Shown here: positions 9,699-20,346 of the stretch, piece after piece
Layout: the number at the start of each line of letters is the position of its first letter
Numbering within the stretch: position 1 is the first letter of the stretch
NCBI GenBank assembly: GCA_964596355.1
Contig: CAZQTD010000004.1
Coordinates: forward strand, 1,183 to 65,182
Length of the DNA: 64,000 bases
Direction of reading: 5' to 3'
From: an uncultured Gammaproteobacteria bacterium
Lineage (GTDB): Bacteria > Patescibacteriota > Microgenomatia > UBA10105 > UBA927
The notes under the pieces: model-generated
What the model was told of the DNA's origin: nothing
The model's input: the letters and a program-made list of their open reading frames with translations, nothing else
The model's database searches: none
Made by a program: the position numbers and the translations under genes

Positions 9699-10047
9699 AC
9701 TGGTGGACGCGTAACAAAGCTACCTGTACATAATACTATACTCTAGGTCGTCAAAGAAAAGCAATTCATTCCGATCGTGGTAGAAAATCGTACAGCTTCC
9801 CTCGATGTTGCATTTTCGTCGCACAGGCTGTTTTTCAAAAACGTTCGTTCACAGACAGCACGTGAGGCGGGCAGCCAGGCGTTTACTGCATCTCAAACGA
9901 CTGCTTTGGCCGCACACAATTATTATTTTTAATAAGTCTGTTTCGGCGTTTTTCTGTGTAATTTTTCTATCATGCCAGCCGAAACCGGCTGAAATCCAAA
10001 ACAAAACGCGCTTTTTTTGCGACTAGCCTATAATGACGCGCCAAACT

Positions 10048-10071
10048 AAAAAGCTCTCCGGTTGGAGAGCT
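10048..10071 (-). terminator. Intrinsic terminator downstream of ftsZ
   Basis: AGCTCTCC-AACC-GGAGAGCT-TTTT on the minus strand, 26 nt after the ftsZ stop. Confidence 0.8.
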
Positions 10072-10097
10072 ACTTGAAAATTCAACCGTATTTCCTT

Positions 10098-11264
10098 CTA
10101 AGAGCGATGTCTCAAGAATGCAGGGATATCAAATTCATCCTCGTCCGGCGGCAGATCGTCGGAAGACAATCCTGGTCGTTGAGGATCAGGAGCCGATACG
10201 TCAGCTCCAGAAGGTGCGGTTTGGGGAAATGTCGTACGTCCATCTCTCGTCGGTTGAGTTGCAACGGCCCCGTATGCCGGCCTCCCGGAAAGCTCACGGA
10301 GGCGTATTTTTGTTTCATCAAATCCGGTTGCCACCACAGTAATTTTTATCTGATCCACGAGGTTCTCATCGATTGTCGCGCCAAAGATGATGTTGGCATC
10401 AGGATCAACCGCAGAGGCAATCAGTTTTGCCGCTTCATCTACTTCTGACATCGTTAAGTCCGATCCGCCGGTTATGTTAAACAGCACTCCCTTGGCTCCT
10501 TCAATAGATAGTTCCAAAAGCGGCGAGGCAATCGCAGTACGCGCGGCTGTGGATGCCCTGTTTTCACCGACACCGGTTCCAATACCCATAAGAGAGCTTC
10601 CAGCATTCGTCATAATCGTGCGCACATCGGCAAAATCCACGTTGATGAGCCCAGGCATGGTGATGAGGTCTGATATTCCCTGCACGCCCTGACCCAATAC
10701 GGAGTCGGTGACGCGGAATGCATCCAGAAGCGTCATTTTTCTATCAATCACCTCTAATAGACGCTGATTGGGGATGACAATGAGCGTATCCACTTGTTCT
10801 TTAAGGTTCGCAATGCCCTCTTCTGCCGCAACCATCCTTCTGGTCCCTTCAAAATGAAAAGGTTTTGTCACAACGGCGACCGTAAGCGCGTTAAGCTCTT
10901 TTGCGATTTGGGCAACAACCGGTGTTGCTCCAGTTCCTGTCCCGCCGCCTTCTCCGCAGGTAAGAAAAATCATATCTGCATCCTTAAGGTATTCAGTTAT
11001 TTTGTCGCGCGATTCTTCCGCAGCATGAAGTCCAACCTCTGGATTGCCTCCCGCGCCAAGACCGCGCGTCAAATTTTCACCAATCTGAATTTTCGTAGGT
11101 GCCTGACACATAAGAAGCGCCTGCGCATCGGTGTTTACACCGATAAAGTCAACGCCGGCAATCTGATTAACCGATATCATGGAATTTATGGCGTTGCATC
11201 CCCCGCCGCCAACGCCGATAACTTTAATTTTTGCGAATCGGGCAATATCAGGTTTTATGAGCAT
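10098..11264 (-). CDS. ftsZ: Cell division protein FtsZ
   Basis: [25 protein letters not shown] tubulin signature, INVDFADV, C-terminal DIPAFLR peptide. Confidence 0.99.
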   Translation of the reverse strand: MLIKPDIARFAKIKVIGVGGGGCNAINSMISVNQIAGVDFIGVNTDAQALLMCQAPTKIQIGENLTRGLGAGGNPEVGLHAAEESRDKITEYLKDADMIFLTCGEGGGTGTGATPVVAQIAKELNALTVAVVTKPFHFEGTRRMVAAEEGIANLKEQVDTLIVIPNQRLLEVIDRKMTLLDAFRVTDSVLGQGVQGISDLITMPGLINVDFADVRTIMTNAGSSLMGIGTGVGENRASTAARTAIASPLLELSIEGAKGVLFNITGGSDLTMSEVDEAAKLIASAVDPDANIIFGATIDENLVDQIKITVVATGFDETKIRLRELSGRPAYGAVATQPTRDGRTTFPQTAPSGADVSAPDPQRPGLSSDDLPPDEDEFDIPAFLRHRS

Positions 11265-11409
11265 AAGAACACTTGAGGGGCAGGGGGTTTTGCAATCTGC
11301 AAATACTCAAATCTGCGCGTCTTGAATGTCTGTTTCAGATAATTGAATCATTTCGATCGTCTCCGGCAGTTTTTATCAATGTGTCATGTGCACATTTTAG
11401 CATATTCCC

Positions 11410-12708
11410 TTACGGCATGAATGACTTTACCAAATCAATCATCTTTCCCGCAATACCTTTTATTTGTACCTTCTCGCCAATTTTGCCGATACTGCTTAAA
11501 AATGTCGCTCCTTCTCCCTTTTCTACTTTACCTCCATATAGAAGAAGACCAACGCCTGTAGTAAATGCCGGCGAGGTAATTTCATCGATAAGCCCGCTTA
11601 CCCGTTTTGGCGCTCCGATATGGACAGACATTGCAAGATTTCTTCGGGCTGCTTCAACGGCGCCAACGGTTTGCGCACCGCCGCCGGTAATGACGACACC
11701 GGAAGGCGTCATGCCGACAAAACCGCTCCGCTTAAGCTCAAGCGCGACCATCGTGCATATTTCATTCAATCGCGGTTTAATAATTCCTTCGACAAGCGTT
11801 CTCCGTGACAATATTTTGAGCTCTTCCGGAAGTCCCAGAGAAGAAACATCAAGCTCATCGGATTTATCCGTCTTTGACTTCATTTTCTCATCACTATCGG
11901 CAATTGCGGGACTTTTCGGCGTTTGTCCGAGAAGAAGCTTAACCTTTTCCGCACTTTCCAGCGATACGCGAAGTCCTGCGGCCAAATCTTTAGTGATATT
12001 TATTGCTCCGATAGGAATAACCGATGAGTAGGAAAGCGCACCTTCCACAAACACTGCCACATCCGTCGTGCCGCCGCCGATATCAACAAGGACAACGCCA
12101 AGTTCTTTTTCTGTTTCCGACAGACTTGCCTCCGCAGAGGCAAGTCCGCCAAACACCATGCCTGCAACATCAACGCCAAGCTCCTCGACGCATTTGCGCA
12201 AATTGCGAATTGCGGTAGCGCCTCCGGTCACCAAGTGGGTGTCTACTTCAAGCCGAACGCCCGTCATCCCTATGGGGTCAACGACACCTTCCTGACTATC
12301 AACAATGTATCCGCGCGGCAGTACATGCAGAATTTCCCGCGAAGATGGCAATGACACTGCTTTTGCCGCTTCAATGACGCGCCGTACATCTGCTTCTGAA
12401 ATTTCACGATCCGGTTCAGCGACAGCAACAACCCCATGAGAATTCTGTGATGCGATATGACTGCCGCCGACTGAAACAAACGCTTTGCTTACCGAAACGC
12501 CTGCCATGCGTTCAGCCGCGTCAAGCGACTGTGATATTGCGGCGGTTGCTTCTTCGATATTGACAACCTGTCCTTTGCGAAGTCCGTGACTTAAAACCGT
12601 GGAAACGCCGATAACTTGAGCCTCCCCTTCATCCGAGAAGGTGGCAATGATGGTGGTAATTTTTGACGTCCCTACGTCAATGCCGGATACGATGTGGTCG
12701 CGCGCCAT
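11410..12708 (-). CDS. ftsA: Cell division protein FtsA
   Basis: GIDVGTSK, VDIGGGTT, ITGGGA actin-fold motifs; directly upstream of ftsZ. Confidence 0.97.
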   Translation of the reverse strand: MARDHIVSGIDVGTSKITTIIATFSDEGEAQVIGVSTVLSHGLRKGQVVNIEEATAAISQSLDAAERMAGVSVSKAFVSVGGSHIASQNSHGVVAVAEPDREISEADVRRVIEAAKAVSLPSSREILHVLPRGYIVDSQEGVVDPIGMTGVRLEVDTHLVTGGATAIRNLRKCVEELGVDVAGMVFGGLASAEASLSETEKELGVVLVDIGGGTTDVAVFVEGALSYSSVIPIGAINITKDLAAGLRVSLESAEKVKLLLGQTPKSPAIADSDEKMKSKTDKSDELDVSSLGLPEELKILSRRTLVEGIIKPRLNEICTMVALELKRSGFVGMTPSGVVITGGGAQTVGAVEAARRNLAMSVHIGAPKRVSGLIDEITSPAFTTGVGLLLYGGKVEKGEGATFLSSIGKIGEKVQIKGIAGKMIDLVKSFMP

Positions 12709-12712
12709 AATG

Positions 12713-13447
12713 TTAAAATCTCACAATCGGTTTTTCGAAACGAAGATCAACAACCGTGGGCATCGTCCCTTTTATTCTAAACCCCGTCATGAGTGTTTGT
12801 AAAGTAGTGACCACCTCATGCAGCGGACGATTTTGAGGAATATAAATATCTATTTTCCCTGATTTAGCAAGCAGGAATTGGCTATCAGTATTTGTTATAG
12901 AATCTATTCGCAATGTCGATCTCATCTCCTCGATAAACCCAAGAGCCAAACGTATGCGCGCATCGGTTATGGCCTGACCGACGCGCACGTCATCTGTCAT
13001 CATGGTCAAAACAGGGAGCGTCCGCCCTTGGTCGCCGCTCATAAGTGCCACTCCTTTACAGTCAAGCAATACCAACAGATCGCCGGTATCTAACCGTGCA
13101 CACGGAAGACGAACAACCGGGATTATCCGAAGCGTATGAGGGAATCGCTTGACGAACTGAACGTCAGCAAGGAGCGGATTGTCCGCAAGTACTTGCGCTC
13201 TAAGCGTCTTCGATGGAAAAAATAACAGATTGTTCGGTATGCGATCGGCATCTATATGCACGGTAAATCCGTCGCCGATAACTTCAATCGATGTGATTGC
13301 AAATAGGTGCGAAAGCCCGATATACGCGCCGCACCCGCTTGCCAAAACAAGAAGCGTTAGCGCGACGGCTCTGCCAAATGTTCTTCGAGCTGTTCCAATA
13401 CGCATAATAGCCGTTTTGCCCCGTCTTTGGGCATGCGATTCATACAC
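12713..13447 (-). CDS. ftsQ: FtsQ/DivIB-like cell division protein
   Basis: Single TM, POTRA-like region (FAITSIEVIG..KRFPHTL), C-terminal VDLRF motif; between murG and ftsA. Start uncertain. Confidence 0.75.
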   Translation of the reverse strand: MYESHAQRRGKTAIMRIGTARRTFGRAVALTLLVLASGCGAYIGLSHLFAITSIEVIGDGFTVHIDADRIPNNLLFFPSKTLRAQVLADNPLLADVQFVKRFPHTLRIIPVVRLPCARLDTGDLLVLLDCKGVALMSGDQGRTLPVLTMMTDDVRVGQAITDARIRLALGFIEEMRSTLRIDSITNTDSQFLLAKSGKIDIYIPQNRPLHEVVTTLQTLMTGFRIKGTMPTVVDLRFEKPIVRF

Positions 13448-14490
13448 GCCTTGGCGCGCCTCCTGAAATAGTCATATCGCGTGGAAACATACTGTATAAC
13501 GCGAAGTATCTCTTCTGGCGCCGCTTGATCCTGCATCATGACGATCGCTCCACCTTGACGTTCGAGCCATTGAGCGTTGCGAAGCTGTTCTCCTCCTGCT
13601 GACCACGGCAGGGGAATGGCAATTGCAACACGGCCAAACGTTGCCAACTCAACAGCCGTATTTGCGCCGCATCTTCCCAGAACAATGTACGCGTGATGAA
13701 GAAGATATGACAAGCGTTCAACATCCACATGCGGCATAATAATATATCTTTGTCTTTGAGCTGCCGGAAGCGCCTCGCGAACGAGCCTTGCTTGAAGGAA
13801 TGAATGCCCTCCTGTTTGGTGAATTACATAAAACGAGCGCGCAAGCCGACTGACGATTGGAAAAACCAAGTTGTTTAATGAAACAGCGCCGGTGCTTCCT
13901 CCGGACATATAAAGAATCGGGTATTTTTTATGATCAATGAAATTGAATCTGCCTGTCGCTTCGTGCCAAAGCTCCTTGCGAATCGGCAATCCCGTCACTA
14001 CGATCTTATGGCGCGGAAACCGCACTGCTGTTTCTTCATGCGTCACACAAATTTTTTTGACAAACAGCGCAATCAGCCGATTGGTTAACCCCGGAATAAA
14101 TGTTTGTTCATGAGTAACAGACGGAATGCCCATTAGCCAGCCTGCAAAAACAATCGGCAAGGCAATATACCCACCAAACGAAACGATCATTCGTGGTTTT
14201 TCTCGCAACACAATCGCAAGCGACTGGACGAATCCAATCGGAAGTTTCAGTAGAGAAATAAACGTCCATAGCGTAAATGATCGCTGGAGACGGCCCGTCG
14301 TAAGCGATAGAAACCGAATACCCAATCGTGCGCTTTCGGTATATTCAAACGATGGTACTGTACTTCCTTCCAGCGCATACTTTCGTCCAACGATGACGAC
14401 ATCCCACTGCGGATGCTTCTGTCGAATTTCCGAAATCAATGCGAGTGCGGGCGTGATATGTGCGCCTGTTAAAAGTATTCTTTGCTTCAT
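13357..14490 (-). CDS. murG: Lipid II GlcNAc transferase MurG
   Basis: HITPA, FGGY, HEQ, TGLPIR, GGSTGA, HQTG, EQLRNA motifs. Confidence 0.95.
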   Translation of the reverse strand: MKQRILLTGAHITPALALISEIRQKHPQWDVVIVGRKYALEGSTVPSFEYTESARLGIRFLSLTTGRLQRSFTLWTFISLLKLPIGFVQSLAIVLREKPRMIVSFGGYIALPIVFAGWLMGIPSVTHEQTFIPGLTNRLIALFVKKICVTHEETAVRFPRHKIVVTGLPIRKELWHEATGRFNFIDHKKYPILYMSGGSTGAVSLNNLVFPIVSRLARSFYVIHQTGGHSFLQARLVREALPAAQRQRYIIMPHVDVERLSYLLHHAYIVLGRCGANTAVELATFGRVAIAIPLPWSAGGEQLRNAQWLERQGGAIVMMQDQAAPEEILRVIQYVSTRYDYFRRRAKACMNRMPKDGAKRLLCVLEQLEEHLAEPSR

Positions 14491-15611
14491 GGCACGCTTG
14501 TTCTGTGACGACTGATATTCACCAGTATGCCCAGACTAACAAGGACAATAATGAGACTTGATCCGCCATACGAAACAAGAGGAAGCGGCACGCCGGTAAG
14601 CGGAACAAGCGCAACCATCGACGAAAGGTTTATCATAGCCTGAACGCCTACCCATGATGATATACCGAGCGCCATGAGTCTTCCGAATGCATCCGGTGCT
14701 CTCCGGGCAATGCGAAATCCTCTCCATACAATGAAAAGGAAAACAAGAATGACTGCGGCGGCCCCGACAAATCCCACCTCTTCGCCAATGATCGCAAATA
14801 TCGCGTCAGTATTTGCCTCCGGAAGGTATTCGTATTTCTGCCTCGATTGCCCCAGTCCCAATCCGAACCAGCCGCCGCTTCCAAGTGCAATAAGAACCTG
14901 ACGGATCTGATAGGATGCGCCAAGCGGATCATGTTCAGGATTAAAAAACGTCATCAATCGTCGCATTCTGTAAGGCGATACAACCGCAAGTAGTCCGACG
15001 CTTCCAATGAGCATCGGAACAATGAGGAGAAACTGATGGAGCGGCGCTCCGGAAAAAAAATACATAAGAAGCGCGATCGAAAGCAGAATGACGCTCGTTC
15101 CCAAATCAGGCTCAAGCAGTACAAGCCCAACGAGAACTGCAAGAAGGAGGACAAAGGGGCCAAGCCGCTTCATTTTATGATTTGAGAGCCAAGAGGAAAG
15201 ATACACGACAAGCGCGAGCTTCGCCAGTTCAGCCGGCTGTAAGACAAAAAATCCGAAGTTTATCCATCGATGGGCACCGAGCGCCCGCACGCCAACGCCG
15301 GGAATAAATACTGCAAGAAGAAGAAGAACCGTGAGTCCAAGTATCGGCAACGACGCTTTGTACCAGATTCGATAATCAATGCGCGAAACAATTAAAAAAA
15401 GCACGAATCCTATCCCAAGCCACTTGAGTTGTTCCCGCGCAAAATAATATTGATCAGAAAAATCACGGACAGCAATGGCTACCGATGAATCATAGACCAT
15501 GAGGATCCCAAAAAGCGATAGCATACTTACGGCCGCCAACAGCCACCGGTCCGATCGACCCTGCTTATACCCTCCTGACCGCGTCAATACCTTAAAGAAG
15601 TGAAACTTCAT
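14487..15611 (-). CDS. ftsW: SEDS peptidoglycan glycosyltransferase FtsW
   Basis: GAHRWI, QPAELAK, EPDLG, YLPEANTD, GVPLPLVSYGGSS; between murD and murG. Start trimmed to ATG 15611. Confidence 0.95.
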   Translation of the reverse strand: MKFHFFKVLTRSGGYKQGRSDRWLLAAVSMLSLFGILMVYDSSVAIAVRDFSDQYYFAREQLKWLGIGFVLFLIVSRIDYRIWYKASLPILGLTVLLLLAVFIPGVGVRALGAHRWINFGFFVLQPAELAKLALVVYLSSWLSNHKMKRLGPFVLLLAVLVGLVLLEPDLGTSVILLSIALLMYFFSGAPLHQFLLIVPMLIGSVGLLAVVSPYRMRRLMTFFNPEHDPLGASYQIRQVLIALGSGGWFGLGLGQSRQKYEYLPEANTDAIFAIIGEEVGFVGAAAVILVFLFIVWRGFRIARRAPDAFGRLMALGISSWVGVQAMINLSSMVALVPLTGVPLPLVSYGGSSLIIVLVSLGILVNISRHRTSVP

Positions 15612-16971
15612 GTTTAAAAAGCGCCCCACGTTCTTTATAGTTCTTAAACATATCAAATGATGCACATGCCGGAGAAAGAAGCGCAACGTCGCCGGACGAA
15701 CTTTCGCAAGCAAGCGCGCGCACAATGTCATGCATCGATGTAAGACCCGTAATAATCCTGCCGCAAAACCCAGCGTTCTTCACCGCTTCAAGAATGCGAT
15801 CAGTCATCGCGCCGATGATAATAACCGTTTTGATGTTTGCTTTGGCGATTTCTTCTCCCAATTGGGTGTAATCTGACCCCTTGTCTGACCCCCCAACGAC
15901 CAAATGAATTGGTTCGTAAAACGACTTGATTGCCGCAATCGCGGTTTCCGGCGTGGTGGAAAAAGAATCGTTGTAATATGCCACACCGCCAACACTTCGC
16001 ACAAATTCCAGCCGATGTTCCAAGCCGCGAAACGATGTCGCCGCGGATTTCATCGGGTCAACAGATGCTCCTGCCACTGCCGCGGCAAGAGACGCCGCGG
16101 TAATATTTTCAAGGTTGTGCATGCCGCGAAGCTCAATATCACGCATGTGGCAAATTCTATGCGGCTTACCCTTCCACCGAAGAAACACCGCGTGCGCGTT
16201 AATGTATGCGTCTGCCGTGGGGTGTTCGCGACTGAAATAGTAGATTTTTGCAGGCGTCAGTTTTGCAAAAGATGAACTCGTCGGATCATCTGCAAGAAGA
16301 ACCGCAGCATCCTGCCTTGTCTGATAGCGAACTATAGACTGTTTTGCCTCAACGTATGCGGTGCGGGATTCGTGATAATTGGTCGCTTGCGGATCGAAAT
16401 TTGCCAAGTGCTCCTGCGTAACACGAAGGACTACTGCAATCTGTGGGCTTTTGTGCAAATCCTCAAGCTGAAACGAGGAAAGCTCCAACACCACGATATC
16501 ATGCGGTGCTATGTCATGAACTTTAGACAGAAGCGGCGTGCCGACATTGCCGCCAAGCCACGCCTTGCGGCCGGAGGCACGAAGCATTTCAGCAATAAGC
16601 GTGCTTACCGTCCCTTTTCCTTTGGTCCCCGTGACGCCGATAACACCCGCACGGCAATGGTCAAAAAAAAGCTTGGTCAGGCTCGTCATCTTTCCCTTGT
16701 TAATCACCTCTGTGAGTTCCGGCAGGCGCGGCGACATGCCGGGAGTCCGAACAACCATATCAAACCTGTCAAGATCATTCAGATAGTTGGGCCCAAGTCG
16801 GAAATCAGAGGTATATTTGGTAAGTGCGGTGTACGTCTCACCCAACTCTTCCTTCGATCGTCTGTCACAACACGTAATCCTTGCTTCCTCTTGATGAAAA
16901 AACGTTGCCGAATCGACACCCTCTACCGAGAGCCCAAGAATTGCTATGTGTTTGTTTTTATAACGTGACAT
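15592..16971 (-). CDS. murD: UDP-MurNAc-L-Ala--D-Glu ligase
   Basis: GVTGTKGKGT, GGNVG, LELSSFQL, LEHRLE, LLSPACASFDMF. Confidence 0.96.
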   Translation of the reverse strand: MSRYKNKHIAILGLSVEGVDSATFFHQEEARITCCDRRSKEELGETYTALTKYTSDFRLGPNYLNDLDRFDMVVRTPGMSPRLPELTEVINKGKMTSLTKLFFDHCRAGVIGVTGTKGKGTVSTLIAEMLRASGRKAWLGGNVGTPLLSKVHDIAPHDIVVLELSSFQLEDLHKSPQIAVVLRVTQEHLANFDPQATNYHESRTAYVEAKQSIVRYQTRQDAAVLLADDPTSSSFAKLTPAKIYYFSREHPTADAYINAHAVFLRWKGKPHRICHMRDIELRGMHNLENITAASLAAAVAGASVDPMKSAATSFRGLEHRLEFVRSVGGVAYYNDSFSTTPETAIAAIKSFYEPIHLVVGGSDKGSDYTQLGEEIAKANIKTVIIIGAMTDRILEAVKNAGFCGRIITGLTSMHDIVRALACESSSGDVALLSPACASFDMFKNYKERGALFKHEVSLL

Positions 16972-17749
16972 GCGCAACAGCGACGTTTCGTTTGAGCAGT
17001 CTCCGAAACACCGACGCGACAAACCGCGCGTTTCCGGAAGTAACATACCTCTGTGTCGCTTCAGCGGCGTCGGATACTTCCTGCCGATTTGTCAAGACTC
17101 TCTTAACCTGCCGTGCAACGGCGTCGCCTGAATCCAGTATTGTTACCTTCTCTCCCACTATAGCACGAACCATCGGCGTCAAAAACGGATAGTGCGTACA
17201 GCCCAGCGCAATCACGTCACACGAGGACTTGTCGATACGTTTCAACAGCCGGCGAAGCTCTGCGGCAACTTCTTCCGAATCAATCTTCCCCTCTTCGATA
17301 AGCGGCACAAGACGCGAGCTGCCAATCGACTCCACCGTACAGTCTGGCGCAAACCTCCAGATAAGTTGTCTTTGATAGTGGCTTGTCGCAGTATACCGCG
17401 TGGACAGAACGACGAAATGCTTGGTACGGCTTATCTGGGCGGCTGTTTTAACAACAGGCACAACGCCAACAATAGGAACGCCGGGAAAACGCTTTCGAAA
17501 ATAGTCAATTCCAGCAATCGTTGCCGTATTGCACGCAACAATAACGAGTTTGACCCGCCGGCGAAGCAGATATTCAATCATGACAGTAACTCTCATTGTG
17601 ATGAATTCTGTTGACTTGTCACCGTAGGGCGCGTAGTTGTGATCGCCAATATACAGCAACGACTCGCGGGGGAGAAGTTTCTGTATCGATAACAGCACAG
17701 AAAGTCCACCGCTTCCGGAATCAAGAATGCCAATGGGGTCGCGCTTCAT
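16958..17749 (-). CDS. murI: Glutamate racemase
   Basis: DSGSGGL, APYG, ACNTA and LGCTHY (both catalytic Cys). Confidence 0.96.
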   Translation of the reverse strand: MKRDPIGILDSGSGGLSVLLSIQKLLPRESLLYIGDHNYAPYGDKSTEFITMRVTVMIEYLLRRRVKLVIVACNTATIAGIDYFRKRFPGVPIVGVVPVVKTAAQISRTKHFVVLSTRYTATSHYQRQLIWRFAPDCTVESIGSSRLVPLIEEGKIDSEEVAAELRRLLKRIDKSSCDVIALGCTHYPFLTPMVRAIVGEKVTILDSGDAVARQVKRVLTNRQEVSDAAEATQRYVTSGNARFVASVFRRLLKRNVAVAHVTL

Positions 17750-17754
17750 ACGCA

Positions 17755-18804
17755 CTAAACGGCAGGGACTTTGGTAAGGAGTGCAAACCACAACCCGAAA
17801 ATGGCCAAAACTATGCCTATGATCCAAAATCGCATGACGATTTTAGGTTCCGGCCACCCCCTGTATTGAAGCCACAAGTGAATCGGCGCCGCCACAAACA
17901 CTTTGCGTCGAAGAAAATTTTTGGCCAAAAGCTGGACAAGCGATGTGGTCACTTCAACGACAAATACGCCGCCGATGACGACAAGCGCAGGAGCCTTGCC
18001 TAAAATTAATCCCACAACAGCGAGCGTTGCGCCAAAAGAAAGCGCGCCAACATCACCCAAAAAAATACGCGCAGGATACACGTTGAAATACATGAATGCC
18101 AGAATTCCGCCCATCCAAAGCGCCAGAAATACCGACAGCGGCGTATCAAGAATTGATGCTGAAATTATCCAAAATGCGGTAAGCGCGATAAGAAGCGACC
18201 CTGACGCAAGGCCGTCAAGACCGTCTGTTATGTTAAATGCGTTGGCAAACGCAATAATGACCAAAATCGCAAACGGAATGTACGCCCACCCCATCTCGAT
18301 AACACCCAGAAGCGGCACGTGGAAGATGTCTATTTTCAAATCATAAACGAGCCAAAACCCGATAAACGCAGCTAAAACTATCTCTAGAATGAGCTTATGC
18401 CGCAGTCGTAATCCAAAAAATTTGCTCTTGCCGTTTAGAAATGTCTTTTTGACGTCATCAAGCAATCCTAATGCGCCAAACGAAATGAAAGTAAAAAGAA
18501 GAATTTTAATTTCACTTGCCATAGAATAAACGTGCGTAAGCGGTATCCAAAAATACCGCATAAGAAGAAGCGATAGGGGAAACAGCATGGTTGTCATTGC
18601 GATAATGAGAAGTCCGCCGCCTACAGGGGTGCCTGCCTTTTTTTGATGAAACTTGTCAAAGATCGGTGTATGCTTTTCAAACACATCCAGCGTTTTTTGC
18701 CGCAACCGCCGCAATTTCCACTGGTACAGAAGCCGGATGAACGGAATGTATAATACGCTGGTCACAAACCACGAAAAAAGCAGCAATCCCAAAAGAAAAC
18801 TCAT
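17755..18804 (-). CDS. mraY: Phospho-MurNAc-pentapeptide transferase
   Basis: KAGTPVGGG, GLLDD, NAFNITDGLDGL, FLGDVGA, APIHL. Confidence 0.96.
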   Translation of the reverse strand: MSFLLGLLLFSWFVTSVLYIPFIRLLYQWKLRRLRQKTLDVFEKHTPIFDKFHQKKAGTPVGGGLLIIAMTTMLFPLSLLLMRYFWIPLTHVYSMASEIKILLFTFISFGALGLLDDVKKTFLNGKSKFFGLRLRHKLILEIVLAAFIGFWLVYDLKIDIFHVPLLGVIEMGWAYIPFAILVIIAFANAFNITDGLDGLASGSLLIALTAFWIISASILDTPLSVFLALWMGGILAFMYFNVYPARIFLGDVGALSFGATLAVVGLILGKAPALVVIGGVFVVEVTTSLVQLLAKNFLRRKVFVAAPIHLWLQYRGWPEPKIVMRFWIIGIVLAIFGLWFALLTKVPAV

Positions 18805-19169
18805 AAATAGGCAATGATATAGGGAATAAATATGTATGCCGCGATACCCACCGCGCCAATTGCTACCAGCAGCATCATGCCGGCTGACACATCTTTGGCG
18901 ACTTTGGCTTGTTGCCTCCATTCAGTGGTAATAAGATCTGTCATTGATTCTATCGCAGTATTGATCATCTCCGCGCTCAACCCAAGTACGATGGTAAAAA
19001 TAAGAATCGTCATCTCCAGCCGCGTGACTCTCACGTACGCCGCAAGCCCCAAAGCGCATGCGGCGAAAAGGAGGTGTACGCGGAAGTTCGGTTGCGTTTG
19101 AATCGCCCAAAAAATACCAGCCAATGCGTTCTTAAACGATATGTGGTGTTTCCTCAATAGCTCCTTCAT
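18801..19169 (-). CDS. dgkA: DgkA-family kinase (probable undecaprenol kinase)
   Basis: SFKNALAGI, NFRVH, EMINTAIE, AKDVSAG; its stop overlaps the mraY start (ATGA). Confidence 0.9.
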   Translation of the reverse strand: MKELLRKHHISFKNALAGIFWAIQTQPNFRVHLLFAACALGLAAYVRVTRLEMTILIFTIVLGLSAEMINTAIESMTDLITTEWRQQAKVAKDVSAGMMLLVAIGAVGIAAYIFIPYIIAYL

Positions 19170-19335
19170 ACAAACAATTGTAGCAGATATAACCAAATAA
19201 CACCGGTTTGCAGCATTTTCCTAAAATGCGTGGCATCTGGCGATAGATATACGCTCCTACCGTCACCAATTCCGATTGTAAAAACCGTGCGATCGCACGT
19301 TATATATTTGACACTCAAATGGTTTTTCAATCATT

Positions 19336-20346
19336 TCAATATCCTCTCATAATCCTTCGCGTGCTTTCAATACACTTCGTCACCATATACCACGGAGATA
19401 TTGGCAGATCGTGTGCGTGTATATACGCAATTGATCTTCCTCCAAAGCCCTTTTTGAACAATGTTATACCTCTCCATGGATGATTTGGTTTATTTTCATG
19501 AGCTATACCCCAAAAATTGTATAACTTTAGTCCTCTTTTTTTTGCTTCGCGAATTGCCTCCCATTGGATAAGATATGACGCAGGAACGTTTGTCGTTTGC
19601 GAAGCTCCATGATGATAAATTGCCTGGTTGCCATACATCGTGATTATGGCAGCTGCGATTACATCATCCCGATACGCGGCAGTGAAAAGCATTTCCTTGC
19701 CTTCATGGGAAAAAACGTCAAATTCCTCGGTGATTCCGGTATGCCGCACAAATCCGTGCCGAGAGGACGTTTCTTCATACAACCGGAAAAAATGTTTTAG
19801 ATCATCTGGATTGGCTGATTTACTCACGGTCACGCCCAGCCTCATTGCCCGTCGAATTTCATACCGCGTGGTTTTGCGCATATTGCGAAGTAGTGTTTCT
19901 TCTGGCGCGTCAATATCAAGCACCCAGCAGTATTCAGCATCCATCGCATGTATTGGCGATGGGGTAAGTTTCAGCAAAGAAAACGTTTCCATGAGTTCTC
20001 GTGTAGGAAAAAGAAGCGGACTGATACGGACAAACCACGCGCGCTCTTTTCGAGCCACATCCTTGAGCATCGCAAGTGCCGAAACCCAAAGAGACGTGTT
20101 TTGGCGAGCAAATACCGGGCCGTGGCGAACATGTAGAAACGCGCCACGACGCGCGCGGACAAAGACGGTTTGGGCAATGCCTACAAGCGCGCCGCCTTGG
20201 TAAAATCCCCATCGATGTACGGTGCTCCCCAATTTTTTTTGCACCTCACCCCAGAGCCAGCTTTGAAACAGCGACTGCGGCGAGTGCGCCGCAAGAAAGG
20301 TTTCCCAAATCGCCGGATCGTCAACGAACTTATGCGTTATCGTCAT
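19336..20346 (-). CDS. FemAB/FemX-family lipid II aminoacyl transferase
   Basis: FQSWLWG, HGP, MRKTTRYEIRRA, YNFWGI, FKKGFGG motifs. Confidence 0.9.
   Translation of the reverse strand: MTITHKFVDDPAIWETFLAAHSPQSLFQSWLWGEVQKKLGSTVHRWGFYQGGALVGIAQTVFVRARRGAFLHVRHGPVFARQNTSLWVSALAMLKDVARKERAWFVRISPLLFPTRELMETFSLLKLTPSPIHAMDAEYCWVLDIDAPEETLLRNMRKTTRYEIRRAMRLGVTVSKSANPDDLKHFFRLYEETSSRHGFVRHTGITEEFDVFSHEGKEMLFTAAYRDDVIAAAIITMYGNQAIYHHGASQTTNVPASYLIQWEAIREAKKRGLKLYNFWGIAHENKPNHPWRGITLFKKGFGGRSIAYIHAHDLPISPWYMVTKCIESTRRIMRGY

Noticed and set aside
9805-10026. 73-aa plus-strand ORF in the gap after ftsZ
   Set aside because: No motif or RBS and atypical composition; not supportable.
11273-12031. 252-aa plus-strand ORF
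   Set aside because: Mostly an antisense shadow of ftsA, with no motifs.
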